From: Promethearchaeota archaeon | GTDB taxonomy: Archaea > Asgardarchaeota > Lokiarchaeia > Sigyniarchaeales > SOKP01 | Direction of reading: 5' to 3' | DNA length: 64,000 bases | Assembly (NCBI GenBank): GCA_048939995.1 | Contig: JBHLOY010000003.1 | Coordinates: 288,001 to 352,000 of the forward strand | Shown: positions 47,474 through 58,800 of the stretch, piece after piece | Numbering within the stretch: the stretch's first letter is position 1 | Layout of the letters: each line of letters begins with the position of its first letter | The notes under the pieces: generated by a model | The model's input: the letters and a program-made list of their open reading frames with translations, nothing else | Told to the model about the DNA's origin: nothing | Database searches by the model: none | Made by a program: the position numbers and the translations under genes

Positions 47474-48685
47474 TCAAAGTAGGTTATTTTCTTTTACGAT
47501 TTTTTGATAATGATCTCGTTCTCTTCTTAAAACTTTAATTTCTTTCTTAAAATCGAACGTTTCACCTTTAATTTTATCTGTTTCTTTTTTCTCAGAGGTT
47601 AATTCATCTTTTAGATTTTTTAACTCAAGCTTTAAATTAGTGATTGAATCGATGTGTATTGTATTTTCGTACTTAGTTTTATCATTCTCTTCTTGTAACT
47701 CTTTTATTTCATTCATAAATTTTTCAATTTCTGTATTTAAATTTAAATTAATGCTTTTCAAATTTTCTATTTCTTGCATTAACTTATAAGTTCCTTTCTC
47801 AGCCTGTTTTGCGGAATCTAACTGTTGGTTTAATTCTTGTATTTTTTTATCCTTAACTTCAATTTCATTATCTTTCAGATCGCTTTTTTCGTTAAGTTCC
47901 TTAATATCTTCCAATAATTTTACATTTTTTTCATTTAAATCAGCCATTTGTTGACTCCACTTCTCTAACTTAATATACTGTTCACTAACTTCTGTTTTTA
48001 AGGATTCAGCTTCCGCAGTAATGGAATTTTTCTCTTCCATTAATTCTGTATATTTGTTAGTTAATTCCCGGATCTTTTTCGCCTTTTCTTCTGAGAGCTC
48101 CTCGAGTTCTTGATTTTTTTCTTTAATTTCCTCGAATTGTTTTAACAATTCCTCATTATCAACGTCTATTGATGAGGCTTCTGTGGATTCATCATTTTGC
48201 ATTTCTTTTTCTATTTTCTTTTCTTCTCTCTCTTTAACTAGTGTGTTATTTGTTTCTCCTTCTACTATTTCCTCCCAGTATGGGCTTAACTCGCCATTTT
48301 TTAACATTTCATAATATTTTCCAAAAATATCATCGAAATTTAGCGCATCTCTTTTTGGGAGTAGTTCGTGGGCTATTCTTCTTATCATACCTTCAAACTC
48401 TTCAGAAATCTTGTCATCGTCAGATAAGAAGATTGTGATCGCATAATTAGGTTTTCCAACATAATGACGGAACGAAAAACCTGTATAAAAACTTGCTACA
48501 TTTAATTTATTTTCAATAATTAATTCGTGATAATTTGGTTCCATTTTATGTTGCATATGCTGTTTTTCTAAATATATAAGAGTGTCCGGTGAAAGTCCAA
48601 GAAATTCATCTAAGTTCGAAGGAAATTGAGTGTCAATAAAAGCTTTATAATCATTATCAAATGCGAGAATCATGATTCCTTTCAA
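47474..48685 (-). CDS. Longin-like N-terminal domain + long coiled-coil protein
   Basis: GIMILAFDNDYKAFIDTQFP...NVASFYTG N-terminus (similar to 39395..40522) and a roughly 250-aa E/K-rich heptad region. Confidence 0.6.
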   Translation of the reverse strand: MKGIMILAFDNDYKAFIDTQFPSNLDEFLGLSPDTLIYLEKQHMQHKMEPNYHELIIENKLNVASFYTGFSFRHYVGKPNYAITIFLSDDDKISEEFEGMIRRIAHELLPKRDALNFDDIFGKYYEMLKNGELSPYWEEIVEGETNNTLVKEREEKKIEKEMQNDESTEASSIDVDNEELLKQFEEIKEKNQELEELSEEKAKKIRELTNKYTELMEEKNSITAEAESLKTEVSEQYIKLEKWSQQMADLNEKNVKLLEDIKELNEKSDLKDNEIEVKDKKIQELNQQLDSAKQAEKGTYKLMQEIENLKSINLNLNTEIEKFMNEIKELQEENDKTKYENTIHIDSITNLKLELKNLKDELTSEKKETDKIKGETFDFKKEIKVLRRERDHYQKIVKENNLL

Positions 48686-48894
48686 TTTTTAAACCTCCAA
48701 GGAATTTTTAATGACATCAAATAAATGCTTATTCTCTATTAATTTTACATATTATTCATAGTCTATTTATTTTATCTTTAGATATTTTTAAATCTAACTC
48801 ATTGAATACAAATTTTCAAGGTCTAAATGATTCTTAATATGTTAATTTTTAACTTTTTACAGAGGAATTAATTAAAATGCATAAAAAATAGAAA

Positions 48895-50430
48895 CTAGTT
48901 GAAAATTTGCGAGATACAATTCAATACTTGAGCCTCATCAGTTGCTAAGAAATTATGCTTAAAAGCAGATGCAAAGAATAGACGATCTTTTGGATTAAAA
49001 AACTTATATCCAAACTTATTCCATTCCATGCCTTTATTTAAAGGAGCGATGAGAGATAATTCATCCTTCACTAAATTTGTTAATATTAGAGGAAAATCTT
49101 CTTTTTTACTGAGATTAACAATATTCAATAATATATCATCGTTAAATTTATCCCATGACTCCTTGAATTGTATACAAAATGATTTGATGTCAATTTTATT
49201 ATTTAATATCAACTTTGCTAAAGCTCTAAGTGTCATTTCATAGACATTACGATCTGATGCGCCAGAGATAATAGTACTAGGTAGAGGCTTCCCATCTTTT
49301 TTAACTAGTGGAATATTATACTCCGGTAATATCTTTAATTGATTTAGTCCAAGTATATTTTTCACATCTCTAATTGTTCCTCCAGTATCAAAAAATTGTT
49401 TATTTATAATGTATTTTATTAGCTTCTGAGCATGAACATCACCAAAATATGGATAATCAGATGCATATAAGAGATATTCAGACCAATCTCTGTTATCAAC
49501 AATACATTTATTATTGGATTTAAACCAATGTCGAAAATCTTCGAAAAAGTTACCAGCGCCTTCTCCATGCAACATTGACAAATCTCCATACGTATTGGGT
49601 TGTACAATGGCATTATAGACTTCATGATCTCCAATATTTCCCTGTGCGAAATGAGCAATAATTACCTTAAAATGAGGTAATAGTTCCGGATATTGTTGCG
49701 TTATTACTCCTCTAGTTGATTTTACTAACTCAGCGATATCTAATATTGATCCTCTTCCTCTAGTATCAAAAATTACAGGCATCGAATGACTAGCTGCTTC
49801 AATAAGAACATTAACTGCTTTACCAGACTTTATATCATCAATCCATCGTTCTGACCGAGGATGTAGTTTTAAACCTCTTAATCCCAACACTTCACGAGCA
49901 TAACTGACTTCCTTTACTGCCTTCTCCCCCTCCATTGGGTCTACTCTTCCATAACCGATTAATTTCATTGAAAACGGGAATCGTGTTGTGAATCGTGACA
50001 CATTAACATTGCTTGCCCGGTATAAAGCTTCCGGGTGTTTGTCTCTAAATACATCCTGAAAGGGAAAGACGACACCTTGATCGATAAAGGCATAGAATTT
50101 TGACTTTTCCTTTAAATCTGAATGTCTTTTTCCTAGCTCTTCTAAAACAGTATAAAATTTATCAGTAAATGGATAATGTGTAAATGACCAAGAAATCCGC
50201 GTTGATTTCCCCTCCATTGCTGTTCTAAAGGATTTTTCCCCAGTTTTTTCCCAATCCGTAGTGATACGGCCCTGAACATTGCCCCAAAAATCAAAAGTGC
50301 CAGTTCCAGGGGCTAGAGGATTCATCATAGTTGCGCCATCTACATCTTCTCCTAAATGAGAGTGGGCATCGATTACAAAGATCTGCTCTACTCGTTTCTT
50401 GCCATCTTGTTCAATCGTTGCAGTTAGCAT
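48895..50430 (-). CDS. Amidohydrolase-superfamily metallohydrolase
   Basis: IDAHSHLG, GLKLHP, IIAHF and YASDYPY motifs. Confidence 0.85.
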   Translation of the reverse strand: MLTATIEQDGKKRVEQIFVIDAHSHLGEDVDGATMMNPLAPGTGTFDFWGNVQGRITTDWEKTGEKSFRTAMEGKSTRISWSFTHYPFTDKFYTVLEELGKRHSDLKEKSKFYAFIDQGVVFPFQDVFRDKHPEALYRASNVNVSRFTTRFPFSMKLIGYGRVDPMEGEKAVKEVSYAREVLGLRGLKLHPRSERWIDDIKSGKAVNVLIEAASHSMPVIFDTRGRGSILDIAELVKSTRGVITQQYPELLPHFKVIIAHFAQGNIGDHEVYNAIVQPNTYGDLSMLHGEGAGNFFEDFRHWFKSNNKCIVDNRDWSEYLLYASDYPYFGDVHAQKLIKYIINKQFFDTGGTIRDVKNILGLNQLKILPEYNIPLVKKDGKPLPSTIISGASDRNVYEMTLRALAKLILNNKIDIKSFCIQFKESWDKFNDDILLNIVNLSKKEDFPLILTNLVKDELSLIAPLNKGMEWNKFGYKFFNPKDRLFFASAFKHNFLATDEAQVLNCISQIFN

Positions 50431-50433
50431 TTT

Positions 50434-52110
50434 TTAAACCCTCATTTCTTTAGGAAGTGTCAAAACTCCTGTTAAGGGATTATTTAAAGGATCTTGACAA
50501 TATTGGATTGTAAAATAAATCAAATCATACAAAATACTTGGATTTTCTCCATTTCTTAATTTATAATTATATAAGGATAATTGGTATTCCGCTTCCGTAA
50601 TTGGAGGCTCCGCATAGCTTATACTCCCGAATACGGATTGTAATAAAGGCTTTAGAAACGGTGAGTAAAGGAAACCAAGTTCTTTTAATTCATCTTTAAG
50701 ATAGAAAAACATACGTTGAACTGCCTGCATCATATATCTCACAGGTTGATTTTTTGGTCCCAAATATTGTTCAGCAAACTCAGGATCGTATTGCGCTAGA
50801 TTTTCCCGCGTTAGATTAGGAGCTATTCTAAAAATAGAGATTAAACCACGCTCAATTGCGCCTTGACGATTTAAACATATAGTTTCGCTTCCTACATCTG
50901 GTACCCATATTCTTTTTTGCAGTAGTTTTCTTGCTTTATAACATAATGTTTGAATTATAAGAGCAACTCCAATTCTGCGACAAATAGAAATTTGGGCATC
51001 ACTAATACGGCACTCTATTGTATTCCAATCTGTTAATGGGAATAGATCTTGGAATCTACCATCCTCTAGGCTAGCCTTTTGGACAGTTTGAAGAAAGTAA
51101 TTAATAGCTTGCTCGCTAACATCAGTTAGGTAAGGGATGTAATGCTTTGGATCGTTATTACTGAGCATAGTAGTGTTATATTTCAATCGAAGGCTTCGGG
51201 TGCAATTCGGAGCTGTAATCCTATTATTAACTATCTTCACTACATCAGTAGGCTTATTATTTATAATTGGAGAATTGCAGGTGAGCGCAATAATATGTGG
51301 AATGAAATTGCGCACCATGTCATATGCTTGTACTTTTTCAAGGTCAGAACTAAATGATCCAAGGTGATTGTGGTCACTTTGGGATAATCCTCTCATGTAT
51401 TCTTGTGCTGCTGGATTTATCGCTGAAGCAATTATATGTAAATCTGTGGGTAGTGTAGTTTTCGCTAATAGAAATAATGTACTCGCCCAGAATGCCAGCT
51501 CTTCAGCATATTCACATGGAGGTGTAACGAGCTCTAAGATATATGTAACTGCAGTAACGTTTCCATCTCTGGCAAATGTATCGATGTCTACAGATGCGTT
51601 ATTTCCTAGAGAATACCGGATTTGCATAGCAAAGCCTTTCTCCAAATCCTCCCTTCCCCAAGGTCTAGCTAATACCTTGGAGCGGATGTAATCAGGTACA
51701 GGGTAGAAATCATCTCTCCCTTCATAAAGGATTTGATCCATCATTTTTATGGCATCTTTTACGATTTCTCTCATTCTAAAAACCATTTCATCTCCTGGTG
51801 GATAATTACCTTGATCATCTGCTATGATTAGTTCCATTTCAATACCATGAGTAAATGGTAATGGTGTCCAATGCTCTGTATCCCATAAAATTTCTCCCCA
51901 TGATCTTTCAGGAATAAAAACTTCTCGATAATCAGATCCGAGAAATAACTGATCATTTGATCTATCAATAGGATTTCCTATAGATACTTCTGAAGGGACT
52001 TTTTTAGCTTTTACTTTTCCAGACCCTATAAAGGAACCAGATGAATCTGTTTTTCCTTTACTCTTTCCTTTCTTTTTTTTCTTTTCCTTTTTCTTTTTAT
52101 CTTTAGCCAT
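50434..52110 (-). CDS. Glutamate-cysteine ligase family 2 (GCS2)-like carboxylate-amine ligase with Lys-rich N-terminal tail
   Basis: THGIEMEL, LELVTPPC, HNHLG, ALTCNSP and TIECRISD motifs. Confidence 0.75.
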   Translation of the reverse strand: MAKDKKKKEKKKKKGKSKGKTDSSGSFIGSGKVKAKKVPSEVSIGNPIDRSNDQLFLGSDYREVFIPERSWGEILWDTEHWTPLPFTHGIEMELIIADDQGNYPPGDEMVFRMREIVKDAIKMMDQILYEGRDDFYPVPDYIRSKVLARPWGREDLEKGFAMQIRYSLGNNASVDIDTFARDGNVTAVTYILELVTPPCEYAEELAFWASTLFLLAKTTLPTDLHIIASAINPAAQEYMRGLSQSDHNHLGSFSSDLEKVQAYDMVRNFIPHIIALTCNSPIINNKPTDVVKIVNNRITAPNCTRSLRLKYNTTMLSNNDPKHYIPYLTDVSEQAINYFLQTVQKASLEDGRFQDLFPLTDWNTIECRISDAQISICRRIGVALIIQTLCYKARKLLQKRIWVPDVGSETICLNRQGAIERGLISIFRIAPNLTRENLAQYDPEFAEQYLGPKNQPVRYMMQAVQRMFFYLKDELKELGFLYSPFLKPLLQSVFGSISYAEPPITEAEYQLSLYNYKLRNGENPSILYDLIYFTIQYCQDPLNNPLTGVLTLPKEMRV

Positions 52111-52124
52111 AGAATTCCCTTTTT

Positions 52125-54023
52125 TTAAGAAAATGCTTCAATAAACCCCTTAAATAAATTATAATCATTCAAAAATTCATATGATAATATTAGGTTAACA
52201 ATTTTGAAATAATGGGACATAAATATGCTATTTAAATTGGTGACGGTTTGTCCACCGGAGAATAATGAATTATCAATTAACACCTGTACATTATTGTCCA
52301 GATTTTTCTGAACTTTATCTTTTAAACTGCTTAAATCTTCTGATTCAGATGCGAGAATAATTGTTGGTTTTCCTAAATATGGAATAAAATCTAAATTGAA
52401 TAAAAGTATTTGGTCAGAAACTTTATTCGGTGGTAAAAATAGGCGAAGTGTAGTTTGCATGACTGATAATTCCTCTTCATTATGATGTTTTGTAGATGGG
52501 AAGATATAATACGCAAAGGATTTGTTTGCATTAAATTTTAAATCAGAATAGATTCTATCAATAATTGGGAAGATACTAAAATCATAACTAAATAGGGATA
52601 GAATTGCAAGTTTACAGTTATAATCCTGGGATAAAAGATTACTGCTAATATTACCTCCCATTAAAGCAAACTCTTGAACTTCACTAATAATTTTAGAAGA
52701 AAATATATTTAATAAATAAAGCTGAGAAAAAATAGGGGTTGGTTCTACTTTTTCTCTATATTCTTCAACAAGTATGTATATAACATCAAAAGTATCTTTT
52801 AAAACTCTTTCTCTAACATTTTCCACTTTTATCTTATTAATGATTTCTTCAGCTGCTTTTGGGCTGTTCAACTCCGCCAAAATATAAATAGCATTCTTTA
52901 AATATCCAAATGCTGGATTTTGGAAATCTTGCTCAGCTAAATTTATTTTAGCTGAATTAATAATAATTTGATTAATTTGATTAATAATTTTTAGAACATC
53001 TTCCTTATTTTTACCTTTATTAAGTTCTTTTGCCACGCCAAATAAGACTTTAACTTTTAATAAATCATCTTCAATTAGGTAAGTAAGTTTGAGTGCCAAT
53101 TGAAAATCTTTTTTAATCACATTTCCCATTACTTTAGCAATTGAATCTTCCTTTTTTGAAGGTTCCTCAATTATACTCAATATTTTTATTATCTCATCAT
53201 GGTTAATGTCAACAAAATCTAAAACTAATTTATTTATGATATCAATTTTACTGATTGGATTATCAATGCTTTTAATCATGTGTAAGCATGCGTTTAGATC
53301 AACTGTCCCATAAGCCCTAATTAGATCATAATAAAATTGAATTCTTTCTGTCTCATTATATAATTTTAATGCTGTTTCTAAAGCTTTATAAAATTCATTT
53401 GCTGACAAATACTGCTTAGCTAGCATTTTAAGTTGGGATTCTATATTTTCCGCAGATAATCCTGGCTTAGAGGGGATAAGAGTGGAAATAGCTCTTTCTG
53501 ATTGGGATTGGGTTTGCAGATATACCTCATATTCACTTCTCATGGACTTTATTTCATTTTCTAGACTTTTTATATTATTCTTCTTTTGAGAATTAACAAA
53601 GAAATTTTTTGCTTTGAAATTGTCACCTGAATCAAGAGTTAAAGCTTGCACTCCCTCTAATATCTTCTTAATATTGCTTGAGGGAACTGTATCTCTTAAC
53701 TTATGCACTTTTACGGCATACTTTACAATTTTCATCAAAAAAGCATTAATAATCAGCTTACCATATCCATCACCAGTAGGTTTTAATTTTAAATCAACTG
53801 ATTTAGACTCTCCTGGTTTAAATTCTAGTTCTGCATCGAATTCTTTAGGCTCAAAAATTACTTCTAAATTTTCTCCTTCAAAGCTAAATTTGAAAGTTTC
53901 ATTCTTCTTCGATTGGCTCAGAATTTGGATTGAAACTATATTATCAGCATTAGGGATTAAAAGATTTTGAGGAAACTTAGTAATTGTAAGATTAATCATT
54001 TGAGTATGGTCTGAGGTGGACAT
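52125..54023 (-). CDS. Hypothetical protein: Ig-like N-terminus, alpha-solenoid middle, alpha/beta C-terminus
   Basis: LEFKPGESKSVDLKLKP Ig-like strand pattern followed by helical repeats. Confidence 0.6.
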   Translation of the reverse strand: MSTSDHTQMINLTITKFPQNLLIPNADNIVSIQILSQSKKNETFKFSFEGENLEVIFEPKEFDAELEFKPGESKSVDLKLKPTGDGYGKLIINAFLMKIVKYAVKVHKLRDTVPSSNIKKILEGVQALTLDSGDNFKAKNFFVNSQKKNNIKSLENEIKSMRSEYEVYLQTQSQSERAISTLIPSKPGLSAENIESQLKMLAKQYLSANEFYKALETALKLYNETERIQFYYDLIRAYGTVDLNACLHMIKSIDNPISKIDIINKLVLDFVDINHDEIIKILSIIEEPSKKEDSIAKVMGNVIKKDFQLALKLTYLIEDDLLKVKVLFGVAKELNKGKNKEDVLKIINQINQIIINSAKINLAEQDFQNPAFGYLKNAIYILAELNSPKAAEEIINKIKVENVRERVLKDTFDVIYILVEEYREKVEPTPIFSQLYLLNIFSSKIISEVQEFALMGGNISSNLLSQDYNCKLAILSLFSYDFSIFPIIDRIYSDLKFNANKSFAYYIFPSTKHHNEEELSVMQTTLRLFLPPNKVSDQILLFNLDFIPYLGKPTIILASESEDLSSLKDKVQKNLDNNVQVLIDNSLFSGGQTVTNLNSIFMSHYFKIVNLILSYEFLNDYNLFKGFIEAFS

Positions 54024-54207
54024 AGTATAATCTTTGGGTTTATTTTTTTATTTCGTTTAAATTAACCATATTTGATAATTATTTTGTTTAAATTCAAATC
54101 TTTAAAAAAATCTACTTTAATTCTTTATAAAAAAAACATAGAGTACCCATTAAAAAATTTAATTTAATGCCAAAATAGTTTTGAATATGATTTGATAGTA
54201 AAAGAAA

Positions 54208-54933
54208 TTATGCTCCTTTTCGTCTACGTCTATCAATATATTCTTTTAAATCTTCAATTACCATTTCCCTAGTATAACATGGCCAATAGTCATCTCTAAA
54301 TTTGAATTCAGAATAAGAAGCATCCCAAAGAAGAAATCCAGATAGTCTTGCACCATCCTCCATTCCTGTTCTTATTATATAATCTAGTTCTGGAAATCCT
54401 TTAGTATATAAGTAATTCTTAACTAAGGTAAGGTTTATATTTTCAGGTTCAACACCGTCTTTTACAATCTTTCTAATAGCATCGACTATTTCTTCTTGTC
54501 CATCGTACATAATACATACATTTAAGTAAGCCTTATCAAAATCTTGAGTAAAATCAGTTAGTTCCTTCAATTTTAGTTTAACATCCTGAGGAAGTAAATG
54601 TAATCTTCCAATTATATTAATTTTAATTTTTTCATCCCTAATAATTGATTCATTTTTCACAGAATCTACTGCTGCTACAATTATTCTATAGATATTTTTC
54701 AATTCTTCTGGACTTCTTCTTTTAGCATTTTCAAGTGAAAGCGCATAAACAGTTACATATCTAATACCAGCCTCATAAAAATCAAATAATCGATCTTTTA
54801 GATTTTTATATCCCTCTAAGTGACCTAAATTAGGATCTAAATTACAACTTCTAGCCCAACGCCTATTTCCATCCAAAATTAAGCCAATATGTTTAGGTAA
54901 ACTTTCCCTTGGGATATCTTTAAACTCTTCCAA
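54208..54933 (-). CDS. uppS: cis-prenyltransferase (polyprenyl diphosphate synthase)
   Basis: PKHIGLILDGNRRWA, YALSLEN, DYIIRTG, RLSGFLLW and RRRRKG motifs. Confidence 0.95.
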   Translation of the reverse strand: MEEFKDIPRESLPKHIGLILDGNRRWARSCNLDPNLGHLEGYKNLKDRLFDFYEAGIRYVTVYALSLENAKRRSPEELKNIYRIIVAAVDSVKNESIIRDEKIKINIIGRLHLLPQDVKLKLKELTDFTQDFDKAYLNVCIMYDGQEEIVDAIRKIVKDGVEPENINLTLVKNYLYTKGFPELDYIIRTGMEDGARLSGFLLWDASYSEFKFRDDYWPCYTREMVIEDLKEYIDRRRRKGA

Positions 54934-55188
54934 ATTTGTTACCTAATTTAGTATCTACTACTAATAATAGTATTATTATTTGTAATATAAGATATAATAA
55001 GATTTCATAAATTTAAAAATAATTGAAGAAACTATAACTTTTTTTGAAGATGACTCTATTTTAACTCCCATTACTTACTTATTTAAAGGGTTAGCAAATT
55101 TTTTTTAAATTTTTTTTTGCAAAAAGTTTTTAATGAGAATTTTTATACAAAATTGGGATAAGAATATTTTTTTAAACAAAATTGAACA

Positions 55189-55464
55189 ATGGAAAATTTA
55201 TTAAAATTACTTAATAAGAAAGGCTTGTATAATACATTTAGAGTCCTTTCTCTATTTGATAATTATAGAGCAGATAAATACGAATTTTACCAAAAACTCA
55301 ATGAATTTAGTTATTATAATTCATTTCATCGAATAAAACATGTTTTAATAGAAAAAAATCTATTAGTTGTAACTAATCATGGTGAGAGACCTTACTATGA
55401 ACTTACCTCCAAAGGAAAACGAATGTTTATTCTATTAAAGGAGTTGAATAAATTGTTACAATAA
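55189..55464 (+). CDS. Small winged-helix protein
   Basis: LIEKNLL...YYELTSKGKR wing motif. Confidence 0.7.
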   Translation: MENLLKLLNKKGLYNTFRVLSLFDNYRADKYEFYQKLNEFSYYNSFHRIKHVLIEKNLLVVTNHGERPYYELTSKGKRMFILLKELNKLLQ

Positions 55465-55887
55465 CTTCTCTTTTTATCAGTTTCAAAATCTTACTGACAA
55501 AAATCTACTAAACACTATTGGGGTATTTAAAAAATTAAATAACAATTAAGTTTCCTAGAAAAATAACGGAAGTTTGGACTTCAAAAAGTTATATCAAATC
55601 TACTGAAAAGTTGCTTGAGTCGAATATGAAGATGACTTTACATTATTAGTTCTACTTTTTTTTAAAAGAATTATTAAAAAGATTAATAATATTTTAATAT
55701 CAAGATTAATGAGAAAAGAATTTTTTCATTTTTGGAAAAAAAAGATAAAACTTTTTATATTTTGTTATAATTTACAATAAATATTCCAAGTGCATATAAG
55801 CATAGTAAATTTAATTCCAAAACTGAAATTCAAGAAATTCATATAAAAAAAATAGTTTTGGAGTAATTAATTTTGTGAAAGTGCCTT

Positions 55888-58800
55888 ATGTTTGCATTAT
55901 TTGAATCGTTTGTAATATTTATTGGATTTTTCAGTTTAACTTTAATTAAGCGTAAGAAATTCAGAAAAATACTAAGCAATTCGTTTTTAGTTTTATTTGG
56001 TTTTATTCTTTTTATTCATTGTCCTTTCTATATCGAGATCAATAATGATAGGAATACAATTGAACCTCCAATTGAAGGTATTCATTCTTATCCTAAAGAA
56101 TCAGGTTATTGGTTAGTAGATCATATAGAAATTGATCAAAATGATGTTCTAAAAAATTGGGAAGTAATTAATCAAACATACCCATGGTGCAGTGGGAGTG
56201 GAACTATTACTAATCCATATATCATTGAGAATGTATCTATTAATGCTTTTAACTATGAGATAGGTATCTCCATTAGAAATTCTAAAGGGGTTTATTTTGA
56301 AATTAAAAATTGTAACATTTATAATGCAAGTATAGGTATTCAATTGTATACCACTGATAATGGGGCCATTATTAATAACAGTATTTCATACAATAGAAAT
56401 ACGGGAATTTTAATCCATAATTGCAAGAAAAATAAGATAATAGGAAATATCATTCAAAATAATTCTCAGAACGGAGTATTATTAAACGGACCTAATAGTA
56501 AAAATAACGCACTTTATAGAAATCAATTCATTGAAAATGAAAGGCATGCTTTAGACAATAGTGGCTCTAACTTTAATTTATGGTATAACTCTTCGATTGG
56601 GAATTATTGGGATAATTACACAGGTAAAGATGCGAATGATGACAATATTGGAGATATATCGTATGATTATATCTCCGGTGGTGCTAATAGTATAGATCTT
56701 TATCCAATTTGGTGGGATGCCCCATCTCTTAAAATTGATTTTCCTTTAAATTATTCTGTTCATAGCAAATTTGCTGCTAAATTTCAACTTATTATACAAG
56801 AGGGAAAAGGTGATACTTTTTGGTATGAGATAGCAGGTCAAAATTCTTCATTTATGCCATTAACAGGATTAATAGAAGAGGAAATTGTTGATGTTTTTAC
56901 CCAGGATTTGTGGGATTTATTAACTAATGGGACTCAAAAAATCAAGTTTTATGTAAATGATTCAAAAGGATATATTGCAAGTACTGATATTATTATTAAC
57001 TTAATTATACCAGATATTAGTAATTGGTGGAATGTGTCATATGCCTATAGAGCTCCAATTAAACTAGATAATAGGCATACACGATATCTTCCTAAAGGGT
57101 ATTCTGTAAATGTCTCAATAAATACTTTAAATCTAATTTCTATGGGAAAACTTCAAAGTGATGGAAGAGATCTTCGTATTGTATGGTACAACTATAGTAG
57201 TGATACTTGGATTGAACTTGATCGTGTGAATGAAACCAACTTTAATACAAATAGCACCAACATCTGGTTCAAAACTCAAAGATCAATAAATCCTAATACT
57301 TATGATGGAAATTACTATCTATATTACGGGTATAAGGATTGCAACAATCCTCCGATAAATAAAAGCAAAGTTTATCATTTATTTGATGGCTTTACCCAAT
57401 CTGATGGACTCGCAGAAGGTTGGACTGTTATTAATGGAACTTGGCTAGTAGACAATAACAAATATATCGAAACTCTGTTAGAAATAGATGGCAGAAGTTT
57501 ACTAAATTCATTTACAATAGAAAATGCATCAATAGAAGTACGTTTAAACAGTAGTGGTGGAAACTTCGGAGCAGGAATAATGTTTCGGCACCAAAATAAC
57601 CAAAATTTTTATACAGCAGGGATAGGATTTTGGGAATACGAGGTTGCTATAGGCAAATGGAGTGATGATATTCCCTATGTACTTGATAACACATCAACCT
57701 TAGAATCTGTATTAAATGATAACCAATGGTATAATCTGAAAATAGAAATGCTAGGTCCTCAATACCTAGTTTATTTAAATGGAATATTGAAAAACAATAT
57801 AACTGATTCAGATCACTTAATTGCTGGTCAAATTGGATTAATGACATGGACTAATAGTGCTATATCCTGCTTTGATGATTTAAAGGTTAAATTACTAATT
57901 CCTAATGAACCTCTTCTGGTTCTTGGAAGTGAGGAAACATTTAAACCTAGATTTAGTAACTTAATAGAAAGTAGTGATCCCTTAGAACTAGGTGATATAG
58001 AAATAATTTTTGTGAATATTACAGATATTTCAGGCATTAAACAGGCCTTAATTGAATTTGAAGGAATCAACCATTCAATGACATATCTAGCGGGAGATAG
58101 ATGGGTATATGACCAGTGGAAACCACAAAATACTGGTAATTATGAATATATGATATTTAGTGAAAATTTAAATGGTAATTGGAATTCTATTGAAGGTTCT
58201 ATTCAAGTTATTGATACTACCCTTCCAACTTTTCTCAATCTAATTGAAAGTGCAGATCCATTAGAGTTGGGTGACACTGAAGTCATTACGATTAATGCTT
58301 CGGATATATCTGGAATTAATCAACTCCTAATAGAATTTGAAGGGTCAAATCATACAATGCAAAATATCGGCGAAAATAGATGGCAATATGATTCTTGGAT
58401 TCCATTAAATGTAGGTGTTTATCCCTATATGATCTACATTGAGGATAATAATCATAATTGGAATTCAACCGCTGGTGCAATTACGGTTGAAGATACAATT
58501 TCTCCTGTATATTGGGGTTTAGTTGAGAGTGCAGACCCATTAGAGTTGGGTCAAACTGAAGTAATATCTATTAATGTTTCAGATATTGCAGGGATTAATC
58601 AAGTGTTAATTGAATTTGAAGAAGTTAATCATACAATGGAATTTATTGGTGGAGATATATGGCACTATGATTCATGGGTTCCATTGAGTATAGGTGTTTA
58701 TCCTTACATTATATATATCCAAGATGGTAATAATAACTGGAATTCAACTATTGGGGCAATTACGGTTCAAGATACAACCTCTCCTCTATATTGGGGTTTA

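Noticed and set aside
55480-55660. Recurrent AATCT(T)ACT words downstream of the small wHTH gene
   Set aside because: They are short, AT-rich and irregularly spaced, so not distinguishable from chance.
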